Shown here piece by piece: positions 19,048 through 31,611 of a DNA stretch of 64,000 bases (positions are counted from its first letter, which is position 1; every line of letters begins with the position of its first letter). The position numbers and the translations under genes are program-made. This stretch comes from an uncultured delta proteobacterium. GTDB lineage: Bacteria; Myxococcota_A; Polyangia; Haliangiales; Haliangiaceae. The stretch covers positions 256,001 to 320,000 of the forward strand of contig CAWKDB010000010.1 of the NCBI GenBank assembly GCA_963848295.1, given 5' to 3'. The notes under the pieces were generated by a model, which was not told the origin of the DNA, did no database searches, and saw only the letters and a list, made by a program, of their open reading frames with translations.

Positions 19048-19265
19048 GGGAGGTCCTTTGGCGCGTTCGAAGGTCCGGAACGTGAGCGCCTAGCTTGTAG
19101 ACGCGCGACCAACGCGAATGTTTTGGTGATCGCGCCGTTCCCCGGAACTACCCCGCAGCGATGCGGCTTATTCCGTTGTCAGCGTGGCAACGGGAAAGAG
19201 AACAGGCGTTTACGACTGCGACACGCGCGGCACCGCGCGACGCCCATCGTTCGCCACGGGCGCGC

Positions 19266-21250
<1,985 letters not shown>

Positions 21251-21254
<4 letters not shown>

Positions 21255-22123
21255 CGGGCCACCACGCGCTGGAGCTCGACCCGATGCCCGAGCCGTTGTC
21301 CAAAACGCACCGTGCTGCCGGGCTCGGCCGCCAGGGCGACCGCACCGGGCTCGAACGCGAGCACGACGGTCGAGCCGAGCCGAAACGCTCCGAGCTCGTC
21401 GCCGCGCGTGGTCGAGACGTCGAGCTCGATCCGGCGACGCTCCCCCGCGGCGCGCCACGTCACCGAATCCTCGGCGTGGGCCAGCCGGATGTTTCCGACG
21501 CCGGCGGCCGCGACCATCACGACCGCGATCGTGCCGAGCGTCTTGGACGAAAGCCAGATCACGACGCGCTCGTTGCGCGCCAGCAAGCGATCGCGACGCG
21601 CCGCGATCTTGGGATTGACCGGCCACAGCGCACCGGGGACGTAGTCGTAGCCGACGAGCTGCGCGTCGACGGGCGCGTGGACGCGATGATAGTCGCGCGG
21701 CGACAGATAGATCGTCGCGTAGTCGCCACCCGCGAGCGCCGCGGCGCGGTCGTGATCGACGACGAGCTCGTCGAGCTCGTACCACCGCCCCTTCGCTTGG
21801 AGCAACGTGCCGCCCGAGGCGGTACCGCATGCCGCGACGACGCCGTCGCACGGCGAGATCACCGCAGCCGCGTCGCGCTCGACAGGGCGCAGTCCAGGGC
21901 GGAGCTTGCGCGCGAACAACTCGCCGAACGTCTCGTACGCTGCAAGCGGAAGCTCGGCTTCACCCAGGTCGGCGCCGACCGCGCGCGCGAACGCGCGATA
22001 TGCAGGCTTGCGCAGGCCAGCGGGCACCGTGGTCCGCGCGGTCAGACCTACCAACGCCGCCCATGCCGCGAACGGCCCGCCGGGCGCGGCCGATGTATTG
22101 GAATGCGGCTTGCGAAACTCCAC
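21251..22123 (-). CDS. psd: Phosphatidylserine decarboxylase proenzyme (start uncertain)
   Basis: ISPCDG, QAKG, IYLSPRDYHRVHAP, NERV, GAFRLGST self-cleavage motif. Confidence 0.93.
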
Positions 22124-22217
22124 GCGGCTCTTTGGCGTCAGGGCGTGCGCGCGCACCCCAGAACCGTGATTATGCCAGCCCGCGGTAGTGGTTACAAGTA
22201 GGCCTGAGGAATCAGAA

Positions 22218-22292
22218 AACAGGGAACAGGCAACCGGCAACAGGTAACCCGAGCCGATCGTGGACGTGGATGTTGTGCTTGTTGACGTAGTG
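22218..22292 (+). repeat. Heptamer tandem repeat followed by degenerate hexamer repeats
   Basis: AACAGGG AACAGGC AACCGGC AACAGGT AACCCGA (22218-22252), then GTGGAC GTGGAT GTTGTG CTTGTT GAC. Confidence 0.6.
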
Positions 22293-22332
22293 TCTTAGCT
22301 CGGTCGGGCTCATGTGCGGGCTCTCCTCGGCC

Positions 22333-22719
<387 letters not shown>

Positions 22720-22781
22720 TTAGCCCACCTATTGTTTCGTGGGGGTTTCGCGTCGGGAAAAAGCGCGCGAGGTGCTCGCCG

Positions 22782-24695
22782 TTATTGGCGCAGCTTGGCG
22801 CGGAACGCGTCGATCCGATGGGCCTGGTCGTCGATCTCGGTCGGGTGATACTGGATGAAGTCCGCGAGGTTGTTCCACTCGCCCTCGAGCACGGCGCCGT
22901 TCTTCGCCTTGTAGCCGTCGTACTCCCGCTTGACCGCTTTGAACTTCGCGGCGACTTGCTCGTGAGTCAGCGCATCGGGTTTCGGCTCGCGCTTCGCCGA
23001 ATCGTGGCGCCTCGAGTCGGGATGCGACTTGCGACCGGGCACGAGCTTACGCGGATTAGGCCGATCGACTTGCACGGCTGGATCGATCGCCGGCGGCGCG
23101 ACCGCGGCATCGGCCGGGACGACCTCGACCGCCGCGTCGCTCGGCGTGATGTGCTCGACCGTCGGCTGCTGCGGGGGACGATCGGCGGTCGAGCTCGCGG
23201 CACCACCGGGCTCGTTGTTCGCGGCGACCGCGCTGCCATTGTCCTTCGGCGTGCTCTCGGAGCCATTGCGCGTCATCGCGAACACGAGGCCGCCGACGAC
23301 GAGGACCGCGCTCGCGATGCCGAACGCGACGAGGCGGCCACGACCGCGCATCTGCAGAGGCGGGACCGTGCCCGTGCCGTCCGCGAGCGAGAGCTCTTCG
23401 GTCTGCGACACGAGCATCTGCGTGCTCGGCGGTGGCTGCGTCGACGGCCGGGGCCTGCCCGCTGCCGGCAGTGGCGCCGAAGGGCGATGCGGATCGATCG
23501 ACGGGCGGTGCCCCGGCTGCTGGGTCGAGGCGCGCGGCACCGGATGCTGAGTCGACGGCCGCACCGGCAGCGCGGGCGCACGATCCTCGGGCGGCGCGGG
23601 CAGCGGCATGTTCATCAACGCGAACGACACGGTCGACACCGTCTGAGTCGTCAGCTGTTCTTGGAAGTCGGCGAGATGTGCCTTCGCGACGCGCTCGTGC
23701 AGCTCTTTCTGCGCGGTCATCTCGTCCATGAACAGGTCGCGCATGAACGACCCGAGCTGATCGGTGGAGATCGTCGGGTTGACGCTGACCAGGCACTGCT
23801 GGATCGCGTCGCGGAACTCCGCGGCCGACTGATAGCGATCGTCCGAGGTCGGGCGCAGCGCGGTCGCGACGAGATCGTCGTACGGCGCCAGCGCCGGATC
23901 GACCTCCGACGGCAACGCGTGCTCACCCTTCGCGACCTTGCGGGCGAGCGCGCGATAATCGGGTTCGGGTCCCGCTTCGTACAGCCGCTGTCCCGTGAGC
24001 AGCTCGAACAGCACGACGCCAGCGGCGTACAGATCGGTGCGGTGGTCGACGACGCCACCGCGGATCAGCTGCTCCGGCGCCATGTAGCCGAACTTGCCGA
24101 AGCCCATCTTCGGATCGGTCGCGGTCCCGCGGATCGCGCTCTTCGCGATGCCGAAGTCGATCACCTTGGTCTCGCCTTCGAACGACACGAGCACGTTCGG
24201 CGGCGAGATATCGCAGTGCACGAGGTTGAGCGATGCGCCGTCGTTCGACGTTCGCCGGTGCGCATAGGCCAACCCGTTCGCGAGCTCGCGACCGATGAAC
24301 AGCGCGAGGTCGGGCGGCATGCGTTGCTTGGCTTGGATCAAGCGCGCGAGCGTGCGCCGCAGGTCGCGGCCCTCGACGTATTCGAGCGCCAGGAAGTACT
24401 CCTCGCCGACCCGACCGACCTCGAACACCTGGGCGACGTTGACGTGCTGGAGCTTGATCGCGACCTGCGCCTCGTCGACAAACCGCGAGATGAACTGGGC
24501 GTCGGCGGCGAGGTGCGGGAGCACCTTCTTGATCACCGCGAGCTTTTCGAACCCGGCGAGGCCGTGCTTCGCGAGGAAGATCTCCCCCATACCTCCGCGC
24601 GACAACCGCTGCACCAACAGGTACCGCCCGAACACCTGAGGCAGGCTCGGTTCAGCGCGGCCGTGCGGACCGGTGTTCAGCCCTTTGTCGGTCAT
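22782..24695 (-). CDS. Membrane-anchored Ser/Thr protein kinase (Hanks type, non-RD)
   Basis: RGGMGEIF, AVIKK, HCDISPPN, DFGIAK, GKFGYMAPE; transmembrane helix. Confidence 0.92.
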   Translation of the reverse strand: MTDKGLNTGPHGRAEPSLPQVFGRYLLVQRLSRGGMGEIFLAKHGLAGFEKLAVIKKVLPHLAADAQFISRFVDEAQVAIKLQHVNVAQVFEVGRVGEEYFLALEYVEGRDLRRTLARLIQAKQRMPPDLALFIGRELANGLAYAHRRTSNDGASLNLVHCDISPPNVLVSFEGETKVIDFGIAKSAIRGTATDPKMGFGKFGYMAPEQLIRGGVVDHRTDLYAAGVVLFELLTGQRLYEAGPEPDYRALARKVAKGEHALPSEVDPALAPYDDLVATALRPTSDDRYQSAAEFRDAIQQCLVSVNPTISTDQLGSFMRDLFMDEMTAQKELHERVAKAHLADFQEQLTTQTVSTVSFALMNMPLPAPPEDRAPALPVRPSTQHPVPRASTQQPGHRPSIDPHRPSAPLPAAGRPRPSTQPPPSTQMLVSQTEELSLADGTGTVPPLQMRGRGRLVAFGIASAVLVVGGLVFAMTRNGSESTPKDNGSAVAANNEPGGAASSTADRPPQQPTVEHITPSDAAVEVVPADAAVAPPAIDPAVQVDRPNPRKLVPGRKSHPDSRRHDSAKREPKPDALTHEQVAAKFKAVKREYDGYKAKNGAVLEGEWNNLADFIQYHPTEIDDQAHRIDAFRAKLRQ

Positions 24696-24844
24696 TGGCT
24701 GCAACGCTAGCAATCCTACGTGATCGTGAGCGTCCTACAACGATTGCGTCGCGGCGGGGAAACGATCTTCTATTGCGAGATGTTACCCTTGCGAATCGCG
24801 TGGTTGTGTGCCGCCATCGCTCTCTGGTAGCGTCCCCGTTGACG

Positions 24845-26410
24845 ATGCGCTGGTTCCTTTTGACTGCGGCGGCGCTCGGCGCGGGCGGCTGCCAGCAGAT
24901 CACCGGCAATAGCGACAGCACCGTCAGCCTCACGCTCGATATCCCGAACGCGGCGCTCGACCCAAAGGGCTACACCCAGGTCGACCTGCGAATTCACTCG
25001 GCGAGCGGCGACCTGGAGCGCACGGTCGCGGTCGACGGCACGACCTCGCCGCCGACGTTCGATTTCGGGACCGTCGACGCCGACATGGGCGTGACCGTCG
25101 AAGCGGTGCTGCGCAATGCGAGCGGCACCGCGGTCGGCTACGGCCGGAGCGCTGGGCCGGTCGATCTCGAGCCCAACGACACGATCACGGTACCGGTGCG
25201 GCGGCCCATCGCGTACATCGCCGGCCAGATCAGCGTACCAAGCGATCCGCAGAATCCGACCTCACCGCTGGACTGGACCGAGGCGCCGGCGACGTTCGAT
25301 GACCTGTCGACCGGCGTCGCTCCCGACGGCACCGAGAAGCTCGGCACCAGCGTCGAGTTGATGGTGTCGGCCGGACCGAGCTTGTTCCTGTTCCAGCAGG
25401 CGACGAGCAACCCGAACGGCGCGCTCACCGGCAACGCGACGATCGTCCCGGTCTCGACCGGCGACCACTCGATCGGCACGCCGCTTGCGGGGACGTTGAT
25501 GGGCGGCGTGATCGACGGCGCCGGCAGCGACGACGGCCGATGGCTCGTCGTCGGCACGACGACCGGCCTCTACGTCGTCGATACGATGGCGGGCACCGCG
25601 ACCTCGGTCGCATCCGGCGCGTTCGCGCGCATCGCGGTGGTCGGTTCGGATGACACCGGCGTCACCGCGGTCGCGGTGATGAACCGCACCGCGACCACCG
25701 GCACCTGCTCGTCGAACGCGCAGCTCTACTGGGTGAGCGGCACGACCGCGACCTCGGTCGCGACCGGCGGCTTCGCGGACGTCGCGGCGAGCCAAGGCAC
25801 CGCCTATTACGTCGATGCCTGCAAGGGCGAGCTCGGATCGGTCAGTGCGTCCGGCGCGAGCTCGCTGCGCACCAAGCTCGGCAAGCCGACCGCGCTCGCG
25901 GTGTCCGACGGCCAGGCATACGTCGGGGTCGAGACCCCGGGTACGCCCGCGCAGGTCGCGCTGATGTCGATGGCGACCGCGCCAGGCGCGACCGATACGC
26001 CGCGCACCTTGTGGAGCGAGCCCGCGCAGCAAGTGCTCGAGGCGATCGACTCGGGCGATCAAGGCGTGCAACGCGAGCTCGACTCCGACTCCGCCGTGTT
26101 CGACCAGCTCGAGGTCGGCGCCGGCGGCGACTACGTCGCGACGACGATCACCGCGCACTACTCCGGACCCGAAGTGCCCGACGCGAACTTCCCGGCGATG
26201 GACATCGACGCCGACGAGCTGTTCGTCACCGACGCGGCGACCGGCGCGTTCGCTCAGCGCTATCGCAGCTGGTGCGATGGCGTCTTGACGATCGGCGAGT
26301 TCGACATCCCGGACTGGAAGTGCGCCACGTCGGAGAGCGAGACCGCGCCCACCAACGTGAGCGACGAGCATCGCATCGAGTCGATGACGTTCATGTTCGG
26401 GGAGAAGTAA
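24845..26410 (+). CDS. Lipoprotein, probable beta-propeller
   Basis: Lipobox AGGC; Thr/Ala/Gly-rich beta sequence. Confidence 0.65.
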   Translation: MRWFLLTAAALGAGGCQQITGNSDSTVSLTLDIPNAALDPKGYTQVDLRIHSASGDLERTVAVDGTTSPPTFDFGTVDADMGVTVEAVLRNASGTAVGYGRSAGPVDLEPNDTITVPVRRPIAYIAGQISVPSDPQNPTSPLDWTEAPATFDDLSTGVAPDGTEKLGTSVELMVSAGPSLFLFQQATSNPNGALTGNATIVPVSTGDHSIGTPLAGTLMGGVIDGAGSDDGRWLVVGTTTGLYVVDTMAGTATSVASGAFARIAVVGSDDTGVTAVAVMNRTATTGTCSSNAQLYWVSGTTATSVATGGFADVAASQGTAYYVDACKGELGSVSASGASSLRTKLGKPTALAVSDGQAYVGVETPGTPAQVALMSMATAPGATDTPRTLWSEPAQQVLEAIDSGDQGVQRELDSDSAVFDQLEVGAGGDYVATTITAHYSGPEVPDANFPAMDIDADELFVTDAATGAFAQRYRSWCDGVLTIGEFDIPDWKCATSESETAPTNVSDEHRIESMTFMFGEK

Positions 26411-27246
26411 TGCGCGCGGTCCTCGTCAGCGTGTCGATCGTGCTCGCGTTCGCCGCGCTCGCTCACGCAGATCCGGATCCCAAGCGCAAGGTGATCGTCC
26501 TGGAGTTCCGCTCGGGGTCGTCGGCGCTGCCGCACATCTCGGATCGCGTCGTCCGGGCGATCGCGAAGCAGACGTCGCTCGACGTGCTCGGCACCGACCA
26601 GACGCGCGCGATCTACGGCGAGCACCTCGATCAAGTCATCGCCAAGTGCGCCGGCGAGGCCGATTGCGTCGCGCGCATCGGCCAGAAGGTCGGCGCCGCC
26701 GAGGTCGTGCTCGTCGGCGTCAGCGAGCTCGGCGACGTGATCCTGACGATGCAGCGGATCGACGTCGGCGATCACTCGGTCAAGACGCGAATCGCCGATT
26801 CGCTCGCCGCCGGAGCCCAGCCGAGCGACGCGCAGCTCGACGACTACCTGACCCGCCTGCTCCCCCCCAGCGACTTCTTGCGCTTCGGCGTGATCGACAT
26901 CATCGCGAGCGAAGCGGGCGCAGCCGTCTCGATCAGCGGCCAACCCAAAGGCGTCACGCCGATTCCGTCACTGCGAGTCCACGCACCGGCGGCCTACGCG
27001 ATCAAAGTCGAGAAAGACGGCTTCGTGCCGTTCACGACCCAGATCACCGTCGCGCCCGACAGCGTCTTCAAGGTCAAGGCCGAGCTCCAACGCCGCGGCC
27101 ACACCGCGTGGTACCAGCACTGGTACGTCATCACCGTCGCCGGCGCCCTCGTCGCCGGAGCCGCCGGCACCGCGATCTACTTCGCGTCGCAGCCCAGTGG
27201 TGGCAACGGCATGGGCACCCTCACCCTCAAAGGCACCATCCAGTAG
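26410..27246 (+). CDS. PEGA domain-containing protein
   Basis: Signal peptide (ALAHA|D), GAAVSISGQPKGVTP..IKVEKDGF, C-terminal WYQHWY plus TM helix. Confidence 0.75.
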   Translation: MRAVLVSVSIVLAFAALAHADPDPKRKVIVLEFRSGSSALPHISDRVVRAIAKQTSLDVLGTDQTRAIYGEHLDQVIAKCAGEADCVARIGQKVGAAEVVLVGVSELGDVILTMQRIDVGDHSVKTRIADSLAAGAQPSDAQLDDYLTRLLPPSDFLRFGVIDIIASEAGAAVSISGQPKGVTPIPSLRVHAPAAYAIKVEKDGFVPFTTQITVAPDSVFKVKAELQRRGHTAWYQHWYVITVAGALVAGAAGTAIYFASQPSGGNGMGTLTLKGTIQ

Positions 27247-27348
27247 CTGGGGACGCTGTCTCTTTTGTCACCTTGCGCGTGCACACCACCGCGCCAACAT
27301 CACGTGATCTAAGCGCTTCGCTGGGGACGCTGTCTCTTTTGTCACCTT
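27246..27348. repeat. Perfect 29-bp direct repeat separated by a 45-bp spacer
   Basis: GCTGGGGACGCTGTCTCTTTTGTCACCTT at 27246-27274 and 27320-27348. Confidence 0.85.
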
Positions 27349-27797
27349 CCAGGGATCTCGCGAATCATCACGAGCGCGTCTTCTCCGTTGTCTTGGTAGT
27401 AGCTCTTGCGCACGTGCACGGTCGCGAACCCGGCGCGCTCGTACAACTTGATCGCGGGCCGGTTGCCCGCGCGGACCTCGAGCGTCGCGAGCGTGCAGCC
27501 GAGCGCCTCCCCACTCGCGAGCACGTGGGCGAGCAGGACGCCGGCGATGCCGCGACCTCGATGATCCGGGTGCGTGGCGATCGCGAGCACGTGGATCTCC
27601 GGCACGACGAGCCAGTAGTTGCAGAACCCGACGACCGCGTCGCCGCTGCGCGCGGTGTCGAGCCGGGCCCAATCGCGCTCGAGCTCCGCCGCGAAGGTCT
27701 CGCGCGGCCATGGCTGCGTGAACGAGTGGCGCTCGATCTCGTCGATCGCATCGAGATCCGCCGCTTGCGCGGGCGCGATCGCGAGCACGACGGTCAC
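27342..27797 (-). CDS. rimI: Ribosomal protein S18 alanine N-acetyltransferase
   Basis: IERHSFTQPW, IATHPDHRGRGIA, TLEVRAGNRPAIKLY, RKSYY..GEDALVM. Confidence 0.9.
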   Translation of the reverse strand: MTVVLAIAPAQAADLDAIDEIERHSFTQPWPRETFAAELERDWARLDTARSGDAVVGFCNYWLVVPEIHVLAIATHPDHRGRGIAGVLLAHVLASGEALGCTLATLEVRAGNRPAIKLYERAGFATVHVRKSYYQDNGEDALVMIREIPGR

Positions 27798-28375
27798 GGC
27801 TTCCCGACGAGCCCGCCGACCGCTCGCCACAGCACGTCGATGCCGTCACCGGTCTGTGCTGACACGGCGAGCGGATCGCGATCGAGGTCGAGGTCGCGGC
27901 GCGCACGCGCAACCTCGGGCGCACGCGCGTGCTTCGACAGCTTGTCGGACTTCGTCATCGCCACGATGATCGGCGTCCCCCGCGCTTCGAGCCAGGGCAC
28001 GAAGTCGAGCTCCTCGTCCTGCGCGCCGCGGCGAATGTCGAGCAGCAGCAGCACGCCGGCGAGCGCCTTGCGCGTCGACAGGTAGCCTTCGATCAGCGGC
28101 CGCCAGCTCTCGCGCATCGCCTTGGTGACTTGCGCGAACCCGAATCCCGGCAAGTCGACGAGGTGGAACCGCGCGTCGATCTCGAACCAATTGATCAGCC
28201 TGGTGCGGCCCGGCGTGCGCGATGTCTTCGCGAGCGCTCGCTGGCCGACGAGCGCGTTGATCAGGCTCGACTTGCCGACGTTCGAACGACCGACGACCGC
28301 GATCTCGGGCAAGCCCTCGGGCGGAAACCCTTCGGGCCCGGCAGCCGAGGTGATGAACTTCGCGGATAGCTTCAC
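27794..28375 (-). CDS. engB: Ribosome biogenesis GTPase YihA/YsxC
   Basis: GRSNVGKSSLIN, SRTPGRT, VDLPGFG, TKSDK. Confidence 0.95.
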   Translation of the reverse strand: MKLSAKFITSAAGPEGFPPEGLPEIAVVGRSNVGKSSLINALVGQRALAKTSRTPGRTRLINWFEIDARFHLVDLPGFGFAQVTKAMRESWRPLIEGYLSTRKALAGVLLLLDIRRGAQDEELDFVPWLEARGTPIIVAMTKSDKLSKHARAPEVARARRDLDLDRDPLAVSAQTGDGIDVLWRAVGGLVGKP

Positions 28376-28824
28376 GGCGTGCTCGCGATCGCGTGGACCG
28401 GCGCGCTCGGATCGAACGGGCGCGACGAGGTCGCGCGCGCGTGACACGTCATGCACAGCTCGGCGCGCAGCTTCGGGGTCGAGACGTCGACGAGCCCGAG
28501 CGCGAGCGCGACCGGGCGATCGCGCATGACATCGTCGGGCGCGTACGCCGCGCCGGCGCCGTGACACGCTTCACAGCCGACCTCGACCGCGATCGCGACG
28601 CCCGCTGGGGCCTCGCCCGTGCCGTGGCAGCCGAGGCAGCGCGCCTCGGGACGCGCGGCGAACCGATGGCGTGTCGTCGCGTGCGGGGTCGTCTGCCATG
28701 CTGCGAGCTCTCGCGGATGGCAGGCGCCGCAGGCCGCGCTGCCGGTGAAGTCGCGTGGGCTCGCGATCGCGCGCGGCGCGGTGATCGCGAACGCGAGAAC
28801 GGCAATTGCGGCGCGCGCGGCCAT
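28372..28824 (-). CDS. Tetraheme cytochrome c (c554-like)
   Basis: Signal peptide; four CxxCH motifs (CGACH, CLGCH, CEACH, CMTCH). Confidence 0.85.
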   Translation of the reverse strand: MAARAAIAVLAFAITAPRAIASPRDFTGSAACGACHPRELAAWQTTPHATTRHRFAARPEARCLGCHGTGEAPAGVAIAVEVGCEACHGAGAAYAPDDVMRDRPVALALGLVDVSTPKLRAELCMTCHARATSSRPFDPSAPVHAIASTP

Positions 28825-28886
28825 CGCCGCGAATACTGTCACATTCCTCGCTTGTCGCGCCGCCGGCGCGGCGCGATCCTCGTACC

Positions 28887-29834
28887 GTGAGGGCTGCTGC
28901 GCTGTGCGTGCTGGTCGTGGCCGGCTGTTACTCGTCGGCGCCACCGGCGGGCCCGCCATGCGCGGTCGACGGCGATTGTCCGCAGCCGCAGGTGTGCTCG
29001 GTGCTCACGAACACGTGCCGGGCGGCGCAGGAGAGCTGCGACGACGTCGACCCACCTTGCCCGCCCAACGACCTCGCGACCGGCGCGATCGACGTCACCG
29101 CCGGCGGGACGTTCGCCGCGAACCTCGTGCACGCCCATGACGATGACGGCCCGGGCACCGACCCCGCCTGCGGCGATGTCGGCGGCCGCGACGTGTTCTA
29201 TGAGGTCACGCTCTCTGCCGCCGAGGTGTTCTACTTCGACACGTTCGGCTCGAGCTTCGCGAGCGTGATCCGGGTGTACCCCGCCGCGTGCGCGAACCTC
29301 GCCGGCGCAACCGCGCGCTGCTCGGAAGCCGCGTGTGCGACGGCCCAGAGCCAGCTCGCCCTCCATCTCGCCGCCGGCACGAGCTGCATCGTCGTGGACC
29401 AGGCATCGAACGCCGAGCAGACCGGCGACCTCTCGTTACTCGTCGTCCCAGGGGGCCGCGACGGCAAGCCGCTCGCGCAAGGCGCCGCGACCGCGACCGG
29501 CGACACGTGCAACTCGACGAACGTCGACGAGCCACTCGATCAGAACTGCGACGGGCCGGGTAGCGGCGGCAAGGACGACGGCTACTTCTTCACGACCTGC
29601 CCCGGCGCGACCGAGCTGCTCGATGCCGATACCTGCACCGACACGACCTGGGACACGGTGCTGTACGTCCATCGCATCACCGGGGAGCAACTCGGTTGCA
29701 ACGACGACAGCTGCAGCGATAGGTCGATGTTCGCGAACGCGCCGATCAGCGGCGCGGTGCTGTACTGGCTGATCGTCGACGGGTTTTCGCCCAGCGACTG
29801 CGGGGCGTATACGCTGACCACGAACTTGCGCTAA
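28887..29834 (+). CDS. Cys-rich lipoprotein with two PPC-like domains
   Basis: Lipobox VAGC; repeated D(V/D)xY..DT.....V..Y..C..CND..IVD pattern. Confidence 0.65.
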   Translation: MRAAALCVLVVAGCYSSAPPAGPPCAVDGDCPQPQVCSVLTNTCRAAQESCDDVDPPCPPNDLATGAIDVTAGGTFAANLVHAHDDDGPGTDPACGDVGGRDVFYEVTLSAAEVFYFDTFGSSFASVIRVYPAACANLAGATARCSEAACATAQSQLALHLAAGTSCIVVDQASNAEQTGDLSLLVVPGGRDGKPLAQGAATATGDTCNSTNVDEPLDQNCDGPGSGGKDDGYFFTTCPGATELLDADTCTDTTWDTVLYVHRITGEQLGCNDDSCSDRSMFANAPISGAVLYWLIVDGFSPSDCGAYTLTTNLR

Positions 29835-29843
29835 GAAGCGATC

Positions 29844-31605
29844 GTGACCGCGCACGTGATCGGACTGACCGGGGGCATCGCGTCCGGCAAGAGCACGGTC
29901 GCGGCGATGCTCGCTGCGCGCGGGGCGATCATCATCGATGCCGACCGGATCGCGCGCCAAGTCGTCGAGCCCGGACAACCGGCGCTCGCGGAGCTGGTCG
30001 CTCGGTTTGGCGCCGCGATCCTGGCGCCCGATGGCACGCTCGACCGCAAGCGGCTGGCCGCGATCGCGTTCAGCGATCCCGACGCACGCGCCGATCTCGG
30101 CCGGATCACGCACCCGCGAATCGCAGCGGCAAGCGCCCAGGCGATCGCCACGTGGAGCGAGGCCGGCGCGAACATCGTGTTCTACGAAGCGGCCTTGCTC
30201 ATCGAGAATCGCGCGCACAGCGCGATGGCCGGTCTGATCGTCGTCGCCGCCCCGCCCGAGGTCCAGGAAGCGCGGCTGATCGGACGCGACGCGCTATCGC
30301 TCGCCGAAGCGCGCGCTCGCATCGCCGCCCAAGCGCCGCTCGCCGACAAGCTCGCGCTCGCGACGTGGGCGATTCACAACACCGGCGATGTCGCGGAGCT
30401 CGCCGCCCAGGTCGATCGCGTCGTCGCGGACATCGAAGCCAAGCTCGGGCCGATCCGCGCGCCCGCGGTTCGCCGCGCCCGCACCGGCACCGCGCCACAT
30501 AGCCGCGACGTCGCGCTCGTCACCGGGTTTCCGGCGTTCACCGCGAAGCGGATGATCACCAAGCTGCTCGCCGACGAGCCCGAGACCAAGCTCTACGTGC
30601 TCGCCCGCGACAAGTTCGCGCCCGATGCCCAGCAGTTTCTCGACACCGCAGGCGCGCGCGGTCGCGCGGAGATCCTCGTCGGCGATGTCTGCGACATGGA
30701 TCTCAGGACTGTCGAGCGCGGAGTATCGCGCGTTATCGCACGAGCTGACGTGGATCCACCACCTCGCCGGGATCTACTTCATGGGGGTCGACGACGAGAC
30801 CGCACGCCGCGTCAACATCGGCGGCACGCGCACCGTGCTCGACCTCGCGCGCGATGCGACGCAGCTCGAGCGCGTGGTTCACTGGTCGACGGCGTTGGTG
30901 TCCGGCGATCGCCGCGGAACATTTTACGAGGAGGATCTCGAAGCGGGCCAGCGATTTCGTAACGGCTACGAGCGCACGAAGTACGACGCCGAACGGCTCG
31001 TGCGCGCGGCGATGCAACGCCTGCCGATCACGATCATCCGGCCTTCGATCATCGTCGGCGACAGCCGTACCGGTGAGATCGACAAGCTCGACGGCCCGTA
31101 CTACCTGATGGTGCTGATCGCGACCAACGCGAGTGGCCGGCGCCTGCCGATGCTCGGACGTGGTGACACGCCGCTCCATCTCGTGCCGATCGACTACGTG
31201 ACCGACGCCGCCTGGCACGCCGCGCGCTCGATCGGCGGCGCCGGCAAGACGTTCCACATCGTCGATCCGAACCCGCTCACCGCGCGCGCGGTGTTCGAGG
31301 GCGTCGCCGAGCACGCGAACACCGAGAAGCCGCGCGGGCACATTCCACGCCCGCTCGCACGCGCGGTGTTGCGTACACCCGGCCTGTCGCGACTCGGCAA
31401 AGGCCCGCTCGCGTTTCTCGACATGCTGGATCGCCCGATCTACTACGACCAGACCAACACGGCACAGGCCCTCGCCGGGACGACCGTGCGTTGCCCGCCG
31501 CTGTCCGACTATCTACCGACGCTCGTCCGCTACGTGCTCGACGTCTCGCGCGTGCCGTTGCCGGACGACGACGACAGCGTCAGCGATCCGCTCGACAGCC
31601 TGTGA
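29844..31605 (+). CDS. coaE: Dephospho-CoA kinase fused to an extended SDR (NAD_binding_4-like) domain; +1 frameshift near 30705
   Basis: [24 protein letters not shown], then in frame [16 protein letters not shown]; other frame continues [21 protein letters not shown]. Confidence 0.85.
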
Positions 31606-31611
31606 CCGCGG

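Noticed and set aside
19171..19196. Hairpin CCGTTGTCA-gcg-TGGCAACGG as a terminator or riboswitch
   Set aside because: No U-tract follows on the coding (minus) strand and no aptamer motif was recognised.
27246..27348. CRISPR array call
   Set aside because: Only two repeats, no cas genes and no AT-rich leader in the window. Kept as an unexplained repeat.
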